From assembly GCA_965113315.1 (NCBI GenBank), contig OZ220363.1: a stretch of DNA of 64,000 bases; one strand, written 5' to 3'. Below the pieces are notes generated by a model. It ran no database searches, was not told the DNA's origin, and saw only the letters and a list, made by a program, of their open reading frames with translations. Positions 51,920 to 63,619 of the stretch are shown here, piece by piece. Made by a program: the position numbers and the translations under genes. Position 1 is the first letter of the stretch. Every line of letters begins with the position of its first letter. The DNA is from Podarcis vaucheri (lineage: Eukaryota).

Positions 51920-53767
51920 TGAAATAGAGTCTGATAAAGCATCCAGTGAACTGTCTTGTCTTATTTTATGGGATCAGCCTCAGTTTTTTTGAGGCCTGGG
52001 GATGTGGACAAGATGCTTGCCTATTTACTTACTATTTACTCTCTTGACCCTTGCTCATCATGCCTGATCAAAGCTAGTCATGCAGAGTTAACCAGGTGGA
52101 TCCAGGGATTGGTAAATGCATCACTTTGTGAAACTGCATTTCACCGTGTGACCACTTCTGAAAAACCTGTACTGGGATCCAGAGGTTTATTCCAACTACC
52201 ACCTGTTTACTAATACTCCTTTTGGGGGCAGTGTGCTTGAGAAGGTGGTGGTTGCTCACCTACAGGTGCACTCTTGGAGGAAACTGATTATCTGCACCTA
52301 TTTCAATCTGAATTCAGACGTGGTTTTAAGACAGAATTGGCCCTGATCACTCTGATGGATGACTTCCAGCAGAGAAACAGAGGGAGTGCAACCCAGTTTA
52401 TCTTGTTGGATCTCTCAGTAGCTTTTGATACTGCTGACCACAGTATTCTCCTGGATCATCTCCATGGGCTGGTAGGAGGAAGCACTTTATTATGGTGGAC
52501 ACTACCTGCAGAAATAGTTCCAGTGAGTAGCATTGGAGGACTGTGCCTTGGTTTAAATGTTTAATTATGTTTTTGTATGTGCTGGAAGCCTCCAAAGTAA
52601 TCTGATGGATAATACTAATAATACTAATAATACTAATAATACTAATAATATAACCCCCCCTCTCCAATTCCTATGGGCTGTTCTGGTGGTTCTCCCTCCC
52701 TCCAACAATTTGGGGAGAGTGCAGGGGAAATCACTTCTGCACAAGCAGAAGTCCTTGTGCAGAGCTTCCACCGACAGAGTTCCTTAGATGAATCCCATCC
52801 AATTTCCCCAATACTATTTAACAACTATGGTATATGCAGCCACTGGGAGCAGCCATTAGGAGATTTGAAGCAAATGGTCACCAATATGCAGATGACACAG
52901 AGCTCTGTTTCACTGTAACACCTGGGTCAGGCAAGGATGTGAATTTCCTGAACCAGTGTCTGGCCACAGTAATGGAATAAACTGAGAATGACTCCTGGGA
53001 AGACAGAAACCCTATACAGTAGATAGGTCTTTCTCATGGTCAAGAAATTAGACGTCTGCTTGTTCTGGATGTGTTTGCATTTCCTCCACCGGAGTAGGTA
53101 CATAGTATCCTAGATCAATCTTTGTCAATAGAGACCAAAGTGACTAATGCGGCACATAGTGTTCACTACTAACTTTGGTTGGTGTGACAGATATACCCAT
53201 TCCTTGGCAGCGATAGTGGTCCATTGTGTAACATGCTGTTTGGGGTGCTGCTCTTAAACTTGGTTTGGAAGCTGCAGCTTGCGCAGAATATTGTGGCTGG
53301 AGTACTGAGTGTCTAGGTATGTACACCAGTGCTTGAAGATCTGCACCAGGTGGCTATCTACTATCGAGCCAAATTCAAAGTTTTATTATTAACATGTAAA
53401 GCCCTAAACAACTTGGGACCAGTATACCTAGATGACCACCTCCCCTGTTATAGGCCAAATCATCCTTTACAATAACCAGGCCCTGTTCACTGTAGGATGG
53501 CCAGTGGATTGCCAGCTGGAAACCATTTGGAAACAGGCCTCTTCAGTTATAGCACTAACCCTCTGTCCCCCACAAGAGAGATAGAAGAAGCTCAATCTCA
53601 GTTGTCTACTCAGGCGTATTTGGATGCTTGAGAGCGTTATCCTGTTCAGATTTGCTGTTTAAATGATTGTCTTATTAACAATGCATTCATTGCAATTTGC
53701 TGTATTTTGATGTCCTAATTTTTGTAAACCACTTAGGGATTTTGCCAAAAATGTAAAATAAATAAAA
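51920..53767 (+). mobile_element. Degenerate L2 LINE (RT region to 3' end), interrupted near 52590-52790
   Basis: Translation FQSEFRRGFKTELALITLMDD...ILLDLSVAFDTADHSILLDHL is the L2-type RT signature (QSGFR..HSTETAL...LLDLSAAFDTVDH). A YADD-like tatgcagatgac lies near 52886. It ends in aaataaataaaa and carries many stops and frameshifts. Confidence 0.85.
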
Positions 53768-56502
53768 CACTCAACTCTCCTCCATTTCATAAATGATATT
53801 GCCATTTGGATAGATGTCCTTTCAATCAGATTTGAGGTGTTACTAGAAGGTCCATCAGACACATATTTCTAACTTATTTACACCCATACACATTATTCTT
53901 TGTGTATCCCTTATAGTCCTTGTATACATTCCATCTTTGTGAAGTTCTGGTGAATATTACTGATGTAGAGAAGGAATATATTAAACTAATAAACCCACAT
54001 TTTCATATATAAAAGGCCACATTTTCTTGCCAGATTTAGCAGTGTAGATATTTTTACAATTGATGTTCCCAAGTACATTATCTGGTTATCTGGATGTGCA
54101 TGTAAATCAATGTGCAAGTGACTGCACATAACACATACACAAATGCTGAGAAAGTAAGCAGAATTTGTGTGTGTGTTTTTATATCAATGTGGACACATAA
54201 ATGCTATTAATCTTTAGTTTTCCCAGAAAAGGAAAGGCACTTAGGATTTTAACGATGAGTATGGACATCACATTGACAATGGGGAAAGAAAGTAGGGAAA
54301 TGAGGTTATTTAAACAAAAATAATAATCCCAGAACACAATAAACCCAGCAGCGCAGACATGTGCATTTCCTACAGTACTGAAGCATGTGAACTACGGAGC
54401 TGCAGCAACCCAGATGTAGAAGAAGCACTGAGGGACAGGGCAACAGATGAGAGACACAGAAAGCTAGAAAGACTAGAAAAGAGAGAAAGAGATTGAGAGA
54501 GAGAGAGAAAATGGAGGGAGAGAGGGAGGGAAAGAAACAGTGGCCTCAGCTACCAAGACAACTGTGTGCATCTAGAGGGGCAGGATCCTTAAAGATGCAG
54601 TATTCCTTTTAAAATAAACCAAGAGTGAGAGAAATATTAAGACATTGACCAGGCACCATTTCAAATGTGTGATTTGTTATCCCAACAAGGAAATATTTTG
54701 ATGGGGTTTTCTTTGTTGCACTTCTTTTCTGCTCCTGCACTTGGACCTATATTTTCTCATCTTCCCATAACCTTTTCCTCAGTATACATAAAAAAGACCT
54801 AACCCATAAAATTTTAGAAATCCCCCTTTCCCCTTTGTGGATCACACATGCCCCTCCCCTCCATTTTCTTCATCCTTTCGTAGATCAGAAAACTGCCACT
54901 TTGGGTCAGTGTTAAGATTGTGCTGTTTGTAACTGATTTCTGCAATGGCTTTCAAATCATAATTATTTCTATAGATGGGAGTACAATGGCCATATATTCG
55001 TCTCATACAAAAGGTTATGGAGCATGGCTGATCTTTTCTGTGGATTTGTATTTGCTAAACTATTCTTGTTGTTGTTTAGTCGTTTAGTCTTACAAATGGT
55101 TTATCTTCAAATTGTGATGCTGCATGTCCTACTTCAACAAACTTTTCTAAGAAATAGTTGAGACTTGTGGTGAGTTGTGATCTGTTTATGAATCGAGCCA
55201 TTCCCAAAAATTGTTCAGCTCATGCATACCCACTGTAAAAGTCCATTTGTATTGACTTCAAGATGTGAAATGGAGCCTACTTTTGTCAGTTCTTCCAGGA
55301 AGGACCAGAACTGGAAATGTTACTCCTGTCACTAATAAAATATTGATGCATTTATAGAGGTCTCCACCTCCTAAGCATTCCATGTGCTTCACAAACACTG
55401 TCTCAACAATGCTCAACATATAAAATAGGCCAGCATTACATTTCCCCTGTTACAGAACCAGTTCAAAACTAAGAGAGGCTGCTGTAGCAAAGTGAGACTT
55501 GTCTGTTTTTCAAAATAAAAGAAAAAAACATTGGTGCAGGGACCCATTCTGGGGAAATGGTAAGTTGGCTGAGACTTGTGTAACTACAGGAGAAAAAAGG
55601 TTAAGGTGGGTTGAATGATGGTGGGAAGATCTAGTAAACCCTTTTTTTTTCTTAAGGGAAATGCATCAAAAGCCACTGTAGTGATAAGGAAGGGGGAAAT
55701 GGCCAAGGCTGGGCTATCGCCCTGATCTGTCTGGCAAGAACTTTGACAGGGATAACAAGATGTGGTTAGGTTTTCAGAACCCCATCCCACAACCGTCACT
55801 CCAGGCTGAGATTTGTATCAAGGCTCTGGCTCCTGCAACAGAGCTTGGGGACTCCCTGACGAGCACTGCACAAGACAGCAGCTCATTATTTTTCCCCAGC
55901 TTGTGAACTTTTTATGAGTTCCTGGCAGCTTGGCTGCAATGCTCTCTTCCTGCAGGCCCTCATAAAAATGAGTGCCTTGTATGCTGCGCCAGAATCAGAC
56001 CATCCATCTGCTGACAGGCAGAGTTCCCTCTATCTGCAGCTTCTAAATGAGAAACCTGCAGGTCCTTTAAAAAGTTTATTTAGTGGACTTTCTTGGCCTA
56101 CAAAAGCAGTTTCTAGGCTTAATTTGAGCCAAGGTTCGCAAAAGCTCAGTCCAAGAGCCCATTTTCAATATTATGAATACCAGCTCAAGTGCAGTGCAGT
56201 GGCTAAACGACTGAGGGCTCATCCATAATTCCACTTGCCCCATGCTTAGAAAGCACAGGTCCAAGCAGTCCCGTCCCCCCCGCTCTGCTTCTTTCCCAGG
56301 AAAAACCCGATCTTTAGCTCTAAATCAGAACAAACAACAATCTGCGGAAAGCCCAATAGCTGCTTGCTCTTATTCAGCGCTAAAGAATGGTTTTCCCCAG
56401 GGGAAAAGCAGAGGGACAACAGTGGATAAACAAAAGTGTGGATAACACTAGGAAGCAACCAGTTCAAATCTTGCCCCTGCAATGTGCTCACTAGTCAGAT
56501 CA

Positions 56503-56685
56503 GAGCCAGTGGGGGTGGGGTGGGTAGAGTGTTGGACTAGAACCTGGAAGCCCTGGGTTCAAATTTTCACTAAACTGGGAAGCCAGTCTCTCAGTCTAAT
56601 TTACCTCATAGGGGATTATGAGGATTAAATAGGGAAGAACCACATATGAGGAAAGGTGGGATATAATTGTATATATAAATAATAA
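56503..56685 (+). mobile_element. Older, diverged tRNA-SINE (Squam3/MIR-like)
   Basis: gagccagtg head, ctgggttcaaat B-box, tctctcag.cta..tacctca body and an A/T-rich tail. Confidence 0.65.
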
Positions 56686-57514
56686 CTCTCTTCTGCTCTT
56701 AGCTCCCAAACTACAAAAATGGATATAGTGAGTTACCTAATAGAGCAACTGTAATGATTAAAATACAATGTATATGGAGCAGTTTGAATACTCAAGTGTT
56801 ATTCATAATGCAGTGACTAGGACTTCTTTCCCCCAGTTTGCAGGTTGAGTGTAGACCAATGTGCCTTTGAGTACATGCAGAATATTTTTCTTTGCCCATG
56901 TGTAACTACAGTGAGACTCCAAATGCTTAAGTATATGTCATGCATCCTTACAGATTATATGAGTGTAGTTGCAAAAGGTTTCTAGGTGATAAACTAGGGC
57001 TACAATCCACAACTAGAAAACTCTCATCTATCTCAGTGGGATTTGGACACTACCTGCTGTCTATGTTCAAAAGGAAAGGACTTAAATGGTTCAAAACCTA
57101 GTTAATGTTCTAGAGCAATGAATAATTCTCCAGATGATTAGAAAAGAGTAGATTCCATTTTTCAAGTGAATGAACTTGGGTGCTGCCTTTGTCACTGTTA
57201 ACAAGACAGGAAATATCACACAGTGTTATTACTTTTATGCCTCATTTTTATCACTGTTAAAGGTTTTAAAAATGAAACAACTCAAAAGTAGCAACAATGC
57301 CTTCAACAGCTGCACCAAAACAACACCAACACAGAGTTTTGGCTGGTGCATTTTGTCATGCAGAGATGAGAAAAGCTGCACCTTTGGATACTCCGTCTGC
57401 ACAATTATTAAGCCCACTTTCCCATTAACAGTCTTGCTCCTGTCTCTTATGGCAGAGCGCAGCACCTTTTGGCAGCTGAACTGTCATGGCTGAGGAGGGC
57501 AAGGAAAGTCAGCC

Positions 57515-57552
<38 letters not shown>
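57515..57552. repeat. (TAA)n microsatellite
   Basis: Seen directly. Confidence 0.95.
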
Positions 57553-58115
57553 TGAGAGTAGCTAACATATTTTATGTAGTTTGCTTAAGGATTGGGGGCC
57601 CTTCTACTGCTGGTTAAATGGTTTACCAATACTAATTTTGGCTTCCCCAGGAGTACCAGTGCCTTCCTCCATTTGCCAGCACAGAGGCAAGAAAGGTATA
57701 TGGAGGAAGAGGTGGCTTCATCCCAGGGACTTTGGGAGATGGAGGAACCCTGGCTTGTCACCACCTGCTCCTTCCTCACTGTAGCTCTCCTGTAAATTAG
57801 TTACTGACTCATGGTCACAGAACACACTAGTGCAACCCCAACCCAGTGCCCTCCAGATATTATTGGACTACAACTCCCATCATCCCTTGTCAGCACGGTC
57901 AGTAGTCAGGGATAGTCCAGCATCTGGAAGGTGCCAGGCTGGGGGAGGCTGGAATAGTGTGCTGATGTGGAAGAAAACTAGCTATTGGTCCACCCAAAAC
58001 TGGGTCTCTTTCTCTCAAGTGCAAGCAAATTTTCCCCCAGTGGAGAAGGTAAGTACTGCATCTTTAAGGAATAGCAGTGAGGTAAAGGAGAGGAACAGAT
58101 TGTTGGTGTTTATAC

Positions 58116-58181
58116 CTTTCTTCTTTGTTGAATTTGGGATTGGCGTCACAGATATCCAGGCTTTTACTGAACATTGTTTTA
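58116..58181 (-). CDS. BRSK2: BRSK2 66-nt cassette exon (S)KTMFSKSLDICDANPKFNKEE(R)
   Basis: ttcctgccatag|TAAAACA...GAAGAAAG|gtataa, phase 2-2. Homologous to the recalled mammalian alternative exon SKAMFSKSLDIAEAHPQFSKED. Confidence 0.92.
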
Positions 58182-59552
58182 CTATGGCAGGAACAAAGTG
58201 AGAAAACAGAGTTACTAATGTGGACATTCATATGAGATTTGCCTGACGCAGTCCCTGAGACCCACCCACCCAAAGTTACCCCACCCATTTTGAAGAAATG
58301 CTTTGGAACAGGGATCAGAACTGTGTTCTTTTACCAATTGGGTGTCTTGCCCTGGAAAGGTACCAAATTTATGGGTGTACTCAACTTAGACTTGGCTTAT
58401 ACTACACCAATGAAGCAAGTGGGGAGATTTTGATACTGAATTTGATGATGCAGGCTCAAACCGCAACTCTCAAGTTGGTCATGGTGGCATGAGGCAAGAT
58501 TCATTTTATACAAACCATGTCTCTAAAACTTCTTGCACATGCCTTCCCCAAACCCAAGTTAGCCGATGAGGAAATGCTGACCCAAAGTAGAATCATATTC
58601 CTCACAGAGATTTGTGAGACATGTCAGAATTCAGCTGAGGCCATCAGTATTAAACATGGTCTGAAGAATGCAGATTCAGTTAAGTGGTTCAAAATGGCCT
58701 CTGCTATACATACCTTGTTCCCACAAGTCCCCCCTCCCCCTCCCCCCATGGCCTCAGCTGCAAACAAAGGCCTAAAAGACAGGTCTAGCCTATGGACAGT
58801 TGATCTGGAGTATACCAGACCCAAATGAAAGTTGTCATTCCAGATAATCAGTGTAAAGTACCCACAAGAAAAAGGACACCAGTTTGTTGATGGAACCAAC
58901 TCTCTCAGCTCCCCTTCCAGTTCTTAATCTGCTCCCTGTACTTCATTCTGTTTGCTTTAAGAGAAACCTAAAAGCCTATGGCACCCATCTTTGGAGAGAG
59001 AGAAAAAGAACCCATTGCAGGAAAATGCACCATGAACGTGGCAGCTGCTATGGCATTGGTGTATCTTGGGGGAGATGAAAGGCTGAGTTTAAATATGATG
59101 AAGAACGATGTACTAAAGTCCCCAGAATAGAAAGAATAAAAGGAAATGATGTTTACAGTAACCAAGACAGCAAATGGAGGAAGCAGGATTTTCAGTAGAG
59201 AAGTATTGAAAACCAAGTAGGTTTTGGGATATTCAACATTGCATTTTATCTTTTCCCTCAGTAATAGTGAACAGGGAGGGAAGAGGCAAGGAATATATAA
59301 AGAGTCAGATACACTGGAAAAAAAATGTAAAGCACTGAAGAAGCTAAGTAACACTTTTTCCTCACAGTACATTAGGGTTGGCAACTAGCAGGATTACAAT
59401 AGGCCAGTCAAACCAGCACAACAGATACCTGTGCACTTTTGAGTCTCAGGCAGCCAGGAAGACAATGCATGGCAACAAAACATTCCAAGCACAGACAGAC
59501 AGAAAGCAACTGAAGGTAGAGTTATGCTGGTACGTAGCTCCCTCATCCCACC

Positions 59553-60005
59553 TGTCAGGGGATGATTAGCTGCTTGTGCTTAAAATAGTGCCCCTTCAGA
59601 GTTTGTGCGACCCCACAAACCTCTGTGTGTGACAGAGCTCCTCAGACATGTCTGCTCTAGTCACTTGTAGAGTCCGACAGTGGCTGTCTGCGGAAGCGCT
59701 TCCAGCAAAGAAGTTCCTTAACGGAAACGCGTCTCCTGGACTCACGACGTGACAGCTTCCGGCGAAGCATAGGTCTCCCTGCAGTTGCTTCTGACACCTC
59801 CCCGCTATTTTCGCTCGAAGTGTCTCTCACCCCTTTCTCTCCCCTTCTGCTTCCTGCCTGGGCTGCTGCGTCTCTCTCAGCATTACTGAGATCCTCCTCC
59901 AGAGACCCCGCGCTCCCCCTACTGGTCCCTGCTTTGGCTGTTGACTCTCTCCCAGTCTCTGGGAGCCCTACCACTTCCCTTTCCTCCGATGTCAGTTCCC
60001 TGACA
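59553..60005 (-). repeat. 3' LTR (about 453 bp)
   Basis: Begins TGTCAGGG immediately after the polypurine tract and ends CCCTGACA, a perfect 8-bp terminal inverted repeat (TG...CA). The start is secure. The distal end is inferred from the inverted repeat only, because the 5' LTR is outside the window. Confidence 0.75.
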
Positions 60006-63000
60006 TCCACCTCCCCTCCAGGGCCCCCCTCTCCCCCGCCCCTACTCTCTCCTCTGGGCGGTGAGGAGCTGAAACCCCTAAAAGAATCCTCTTCATCTTC
60101 CGACGTCTCGAACATTTCCCTCCATCGGTCTTCGTTCCGACTCGCTGAATCCTCCTCCACCTCGGAATCAGCGAACCCCTCCAACTCTTCTTCTTCGTCG
60201 GTGGTGGTGAAGTATTCCCTCCGGAACCTCGCCACTGGCTGGGGTTTCCGAGGGAATCTCTGATGAAAAGTTTCAATCAAAACCTCGTCATCTACATCCT
60301 CTGCCCTGACCCAGGTGTTTTCCGACTCCGGCTCCCCTTCCCACATTACCAAATACTCTACTTGCTCTCCCCTCCACCTGGAATCGAGAATCTCCGCTAC
60401 ATGGTAGCTGTGTTCTTTTTCCTCCATAGCTGGTCCCCTATTGACCCTCCCCTCTCTGTCCCCTATATACGGTGACAGCAATGATCTGTGGAACACTGGG
60501 TGCAACTTCATGTGGTTAGGTAACCGGAGTCTGAAAGCCACTGGGTTGACCTGTTGCGTGACTTCAAATGGTCCCAGCCTTTTGGGTCTTAACTTCTTAC
60601 AACCTCCTTTAAATGGTAACCCTTGGGTGGACAACCACACCTGGTCCCCCACCCTAATGCTTTCTCCTTCCCTTCTGGTTTTGTCTGCCTGCCTCTTATA
60701 TTCCTCCTTCGCCCTGTTTAAATTAAGTTGGAGCTGGCGATGGATCGCTTCCATTTCTTCAACGAACTGTTCTGCGGCTGGAACGCTCCAGTTCTCCCCC
60801 TCCCCCCCTGGGAAGGCTCGGGGATGACACCCGTGATTGGCCAAAAAAGGGCTCATTCCCGTGGACACGTTCTCCGCATTGTTATAGGCAAATTCTGCCA
60901 ACGCCAGCTTCTCCACCCAATCATTCTCTCTGTCATTCACATAACACCTCAAATATTGCTGGAGGACACCATTAGCTCTTTCCGCCTGCCCGTTGGTTTC
61001 TGGATGGCGGGCAGTGGAAAAATTCACCTCTACATGCAATAAGCTCATGAGCTTCCTCCAGAACCTGGAAGTAAATTGTTTCCCTCGGTCCGAAACCACC
61101 CTCAAGGGGGCACCATGCAATCTAAACACATTTTCCACAAACAATTTAGCGGTTTCTTCTGCTGTGACCGCATGTGAGCAGGCTATAAAGTGGGCCATCT
61201 TGGTTAACAGGTCTACCACAACCATAATGGCTGTCTTCCCTTTGGACCTGGGCAGATCAGTCATAAAATCTATTGCCACTGCCTCCCATGGTCTTTCCGG
61301 CGTGGGTAGTGGTTCTAATAAACCTGCCGGTGCCCGCCTCTCCCCCTTGGCTCGTTGACATCGGTCACACCCTCTCACATACTCCCGCACATCTTCCCTG
61401 ACCTTGGGCCACCAGAATTCCCTGGTAACCAGCCACATGGTTTTGTGTTGCCCAAAATGCCCTGCTGTGGGGCTATCGTGCAGTTGCTTGAGTACCTTTT
61501 CCCTCAATTCTCCTTCAGGTACGTATAACGCTCCCTTGTAGTACAACGCCCCGTTTCTCTCCTCAAAACCCCCGGGTTTGTCTCCCTCCCTCCTGAGACC
61601 CCTGAGTTTGTCCTGGGCATATTCATCCTGCACCGTTCCCTCTATCAGTTCCCTTAGCCCCACCAGTGCCGCCCCACACACCCAGCGATCCTCGGGAATG
61701 ACATGGGTCTCTTCGGGTGCACCCTCTCCCTCCAAATATTCAGGTTTGCGTGATAGAGCGTCCGCCCTAACGTTCTCCTGGCCTGGTACGTAACAAATCT
61801 CAAAGTTAAATTTGGAGAACTCCTGGGCCCATCTCAACTGCCGTTGGTTGAGCACTCGCGCAGTTCTCCAATACTCTAGATTCTTATGGTCCATGCGTAC
61901 TTGCACCTTCTGTTGTGCACCAATTAGTAGGTGCCTCCATCTCCGGAAGGCCTCATAAATCGCAAGAAGTTCCCGGTCATACACCGTGTAGTTTCTCTCA
62001 GATTTGTTCAGCTTTCGCGAAAAGAAGGCACACGGTCGCCACTCGGACCCCTCCTTCCCCGGCTGCAGAAGAAGCACCGCCCCTATGGCTCTGTCAGAAG
62101 CGTCTGTTTCGACCCTCAGCTTTTTTTGTAAATCCACATGTAGAAGTTGTTCGTCAGAGGCGAAGGCCTTTTTCAGTTCCTCAAACGCTCGCTCCGCCTC
62201 CCCCGTCCAAACAAACTTCTTTTTGCTGCTGAGACAGTCCGTGATGGGCGCCGTCAGGTGAGCGAAGTTTCGGATGAACTTACGATAAAAGTTTCCAAAC
62301 CCTAGGAACCTCTGCACATCCTTCTTAGTCTTGGGGGTTTTCCATTCCAGCACCGCTTGAACCTTGCCGGGGTCCATGGCCAACCCCTTGTCTGACAAGC
62401 GGTACCCCAGGAATTCCACCTCCTTGGTATGAAACTGACACTTCTCCAGTTTCACCCACAGTCTGTTGGCTTGCAGCCTGCTCAACACTTCTCTGACGTC
62501 TCTCACATGTTGCTCCTCATTCTCCGAATACACCAACACGTCATCTAAGAAGGCCACGCAATTCTTGTAGAGCAAAGGCCCCAGTACATGGTTCATAAAG
62601 GCTTGAAAACACGCGGAGCCTGCTTGTAATCCAAAAGGCATAACGAGATATTCAAATGCCCCCAAAGGGGTGAACATGGTGGTCTTCCATTCATCCCCTT
62701 TCCTTATACGTATCAGGTTGTACGCCCCCCTTAGGTCCAGCTTTGTAAAAATCTTTCCTTTTCGCACCCTGGTCAAAATATCATCAATCCTGGGCATAGG
62801 AAAAGCCACCGGCTCTGTCACTGCATTTAGGGCCCGAAAGTCACATACCAGTCTCGGCTTGTCCGTGTTCTTTTTATCCACAAAAAACACTGGGCTACCC
62901 CCCGCTGCCTTGGACTCTCTGATGAAGCCTCTCTTCAGGTTCTTGTCAATGAACGCTCGCAACTCCTGCATCTCCCTGTCTGACATGGCATACAACCTGC

Positions 63001-63619
63001 CTACAGGAAGCTGTGCTCCAGGGAGTAAATTGATCTGGCAATCAAAGGGCCTATGCGGGGGTAGTTGGTCAGCTTCCTTCTCGCTGAACACGTCGCTGAG
63101 ATCAGCATACTGTGATGGCACCTTCCCCTTCTCCATCACTTCCGTCCCTGCTAGGGTGGCTTGGGCCCCTGCTGACCCCTTTTCCCCCCTGCAGTGTTCT
63201 AAGCAATGTGCGGAACCGAAGGAAACCACTCTTTGATGCCAGCCCACCAGCGGATCATGTAGGGCTAGCCAGCTCATTCCCAAAATAATGGGAGCGCCTC
63301 CCAAGGTGGCCACATTAAACGCTATCAGTTCTGTGTGCCTTGCCACCCTCATTATCATTGGGATGGTCTGCAAGCTGACGCCTCCTCCCAACAGTTCTCT
63401 GCCATCGATCGTGGTCACCTGCAGGGGGTTGCTTAAGGGGATAGTCTGTATCTGGTGTTCAGCCGCAAACTCCTTGCTCATGAAATTGCAGGAGCTGCCT
63501 GAGTCCAACAGCGCCTTTATTTTTAGGGGGTGTCCATTTTGCAACTCTAGCGACACTTCAATCACTAGAGCAGGTCGAGGAGCTTCTGGCACTGGCACTT
63601 GGGAAAGGGGCACTTTCAC
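59657..63619 (-). CDS. pol: Gypsy Pol polyprotein: aspartic protease, RT, RNase H, integrase, chromodomain and an extended acidic/basic tail
   Basis: Uninterrupted 1320-codon ORF with LLDSGS (PR); LDLRGAY, MPFGL and FLDD (RT); TDASD, ELLAI, DHKNL and ADALSR (RH); H-H-C-C plus IDF/SDRG/ERAN (IN); a GPF motif; and a chromodomain. Probably expressed by frameshift from gag; the frame stays open further upstream, to about 63700. Confidence 0.97.
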   Translation of the reverse strand: MKVPLSQVPVPEAPRPALVIEVSLELQNGHPLKIKALLDSGSSCNFMSKEFAAEHQIQTIPLSNPLQVTTIDGRELLGGGVSLQTIPMIMRVARHTELIAFNVATLGGAPIILGMSWLALHDPLVGWHQRVVSFGSAHCLEHCRGEKGSAGAQATLAGTEVMEKGKVPSQYADLSDVFSEKEADQLPPHRPFDCQINLLPGAQLPVGRLYAMSDREMQELRAFIDKNLKRGFIRESKAAGGSPVFFVDKKNTDKPRLVCDFRALNAVTEPVAFPMPRIDDILTRVRKGKIFTKLDLRGAYNLIRIRKGDEWKTTMFTPLGAFEYLVMPFGLQAGSACFQAFMNHVLGPLLYKNCVAFLDDVLVYSENEEQHVRDVREVLSRLQANRLWVKLEKCQFHTKEVEFLGYRLSDKGLAMDPGKVQAVLEWKTPKTKKDVQRFLGFGNFYRKFIRNFAHLTAPITDCLSSKKKFVWTGEAERAFEELKKAFASDEQLLHVDLQKKLRVETDASDRAIGAVLLLQPGKEGSEWRPCAFFSRKLNKSERNYTVYDRELLAIYEAFRRWRHLLIGAQQKVQVRMDHKNLEYWRTARVLNQRQLRWAQEFSKFNFEICYVPGQENVRADALSRKPEYLEGEGAPEETHVIPEDRWVCGAALVGLRELIEGTVQDEYAQDKLRGLRREGDKPGGFEERNGALYYKGALYVPEGELREKVLKQLHDSPTAGHFGQHKTMWLVTREFWWPKVREDVREYVRGCDRCQRAKGERRAPAGLLEPLPTPERPWEAVAIDFMTDLPRSKGKTAIMVVVDLLTKMAHFIACSHAVTAEETAKLFVENVFRLHGAPLRVVSDRGKQFTSRFWRKLMSLLHVEVNFSTARHPETNGQAERANGVLQQYLRCYVNDRENDWVEKLALAEFAYNNAENVSTGMSPFLANHGCHPRAFPGGEGENWSVPAAEQFVEEMEAIHRQLQLNLNRAKEEYKRQADKTRREGESIRVGDQVWLSTQGLPFKGGCKKLRPKRLGPFEVTQQVNPVAFRLRLPNHMKLHPVFHRSLLSPYIGDREGRVNRGPAMEEKEHSYHVAEILDSRWRGEQVEYLVMWEGEPESENTWVRAEDVDDEVLIETFHQRFPRKPQPVARFRREYFTTTDEEEELEGFADSEVEEDSASRNEDRWREMFETSEDEEDSFRGFSSSPPRGESRGGGEGGPGGEVDVRELTSEEREVVGLPETGRESTAKAGTSRGSAGSLEEDLSNAERDAAAQAGSRRGEKGVRDTSSENSGEVSEATAGRPMLRRKLSRRESRRRVSVKELLCWKRFRRQPLSDSTSD
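60006..60020 (-). other. Polypurine tract (plus-strand primer)
   Basis: TGGAGGGGAGGTGGA directly abuts the LTR TG. Confidence 0.85.

Noticed and set aside
54370-54540. Strong minus-strand pyrimidine tract and cag acceptor at 54428-54429 (possible poison exon)
   Set aside because: No convincing donor follows, and the tract is largely a GA simple repeat.
59820-63236. Plus-strand ORFs antisense to pol (147 aa, 188 aa and others)
   Set aside because: Antisense shadows of the pol frame with non-ATG or arbitrary starts. No env-like or other accessory features.
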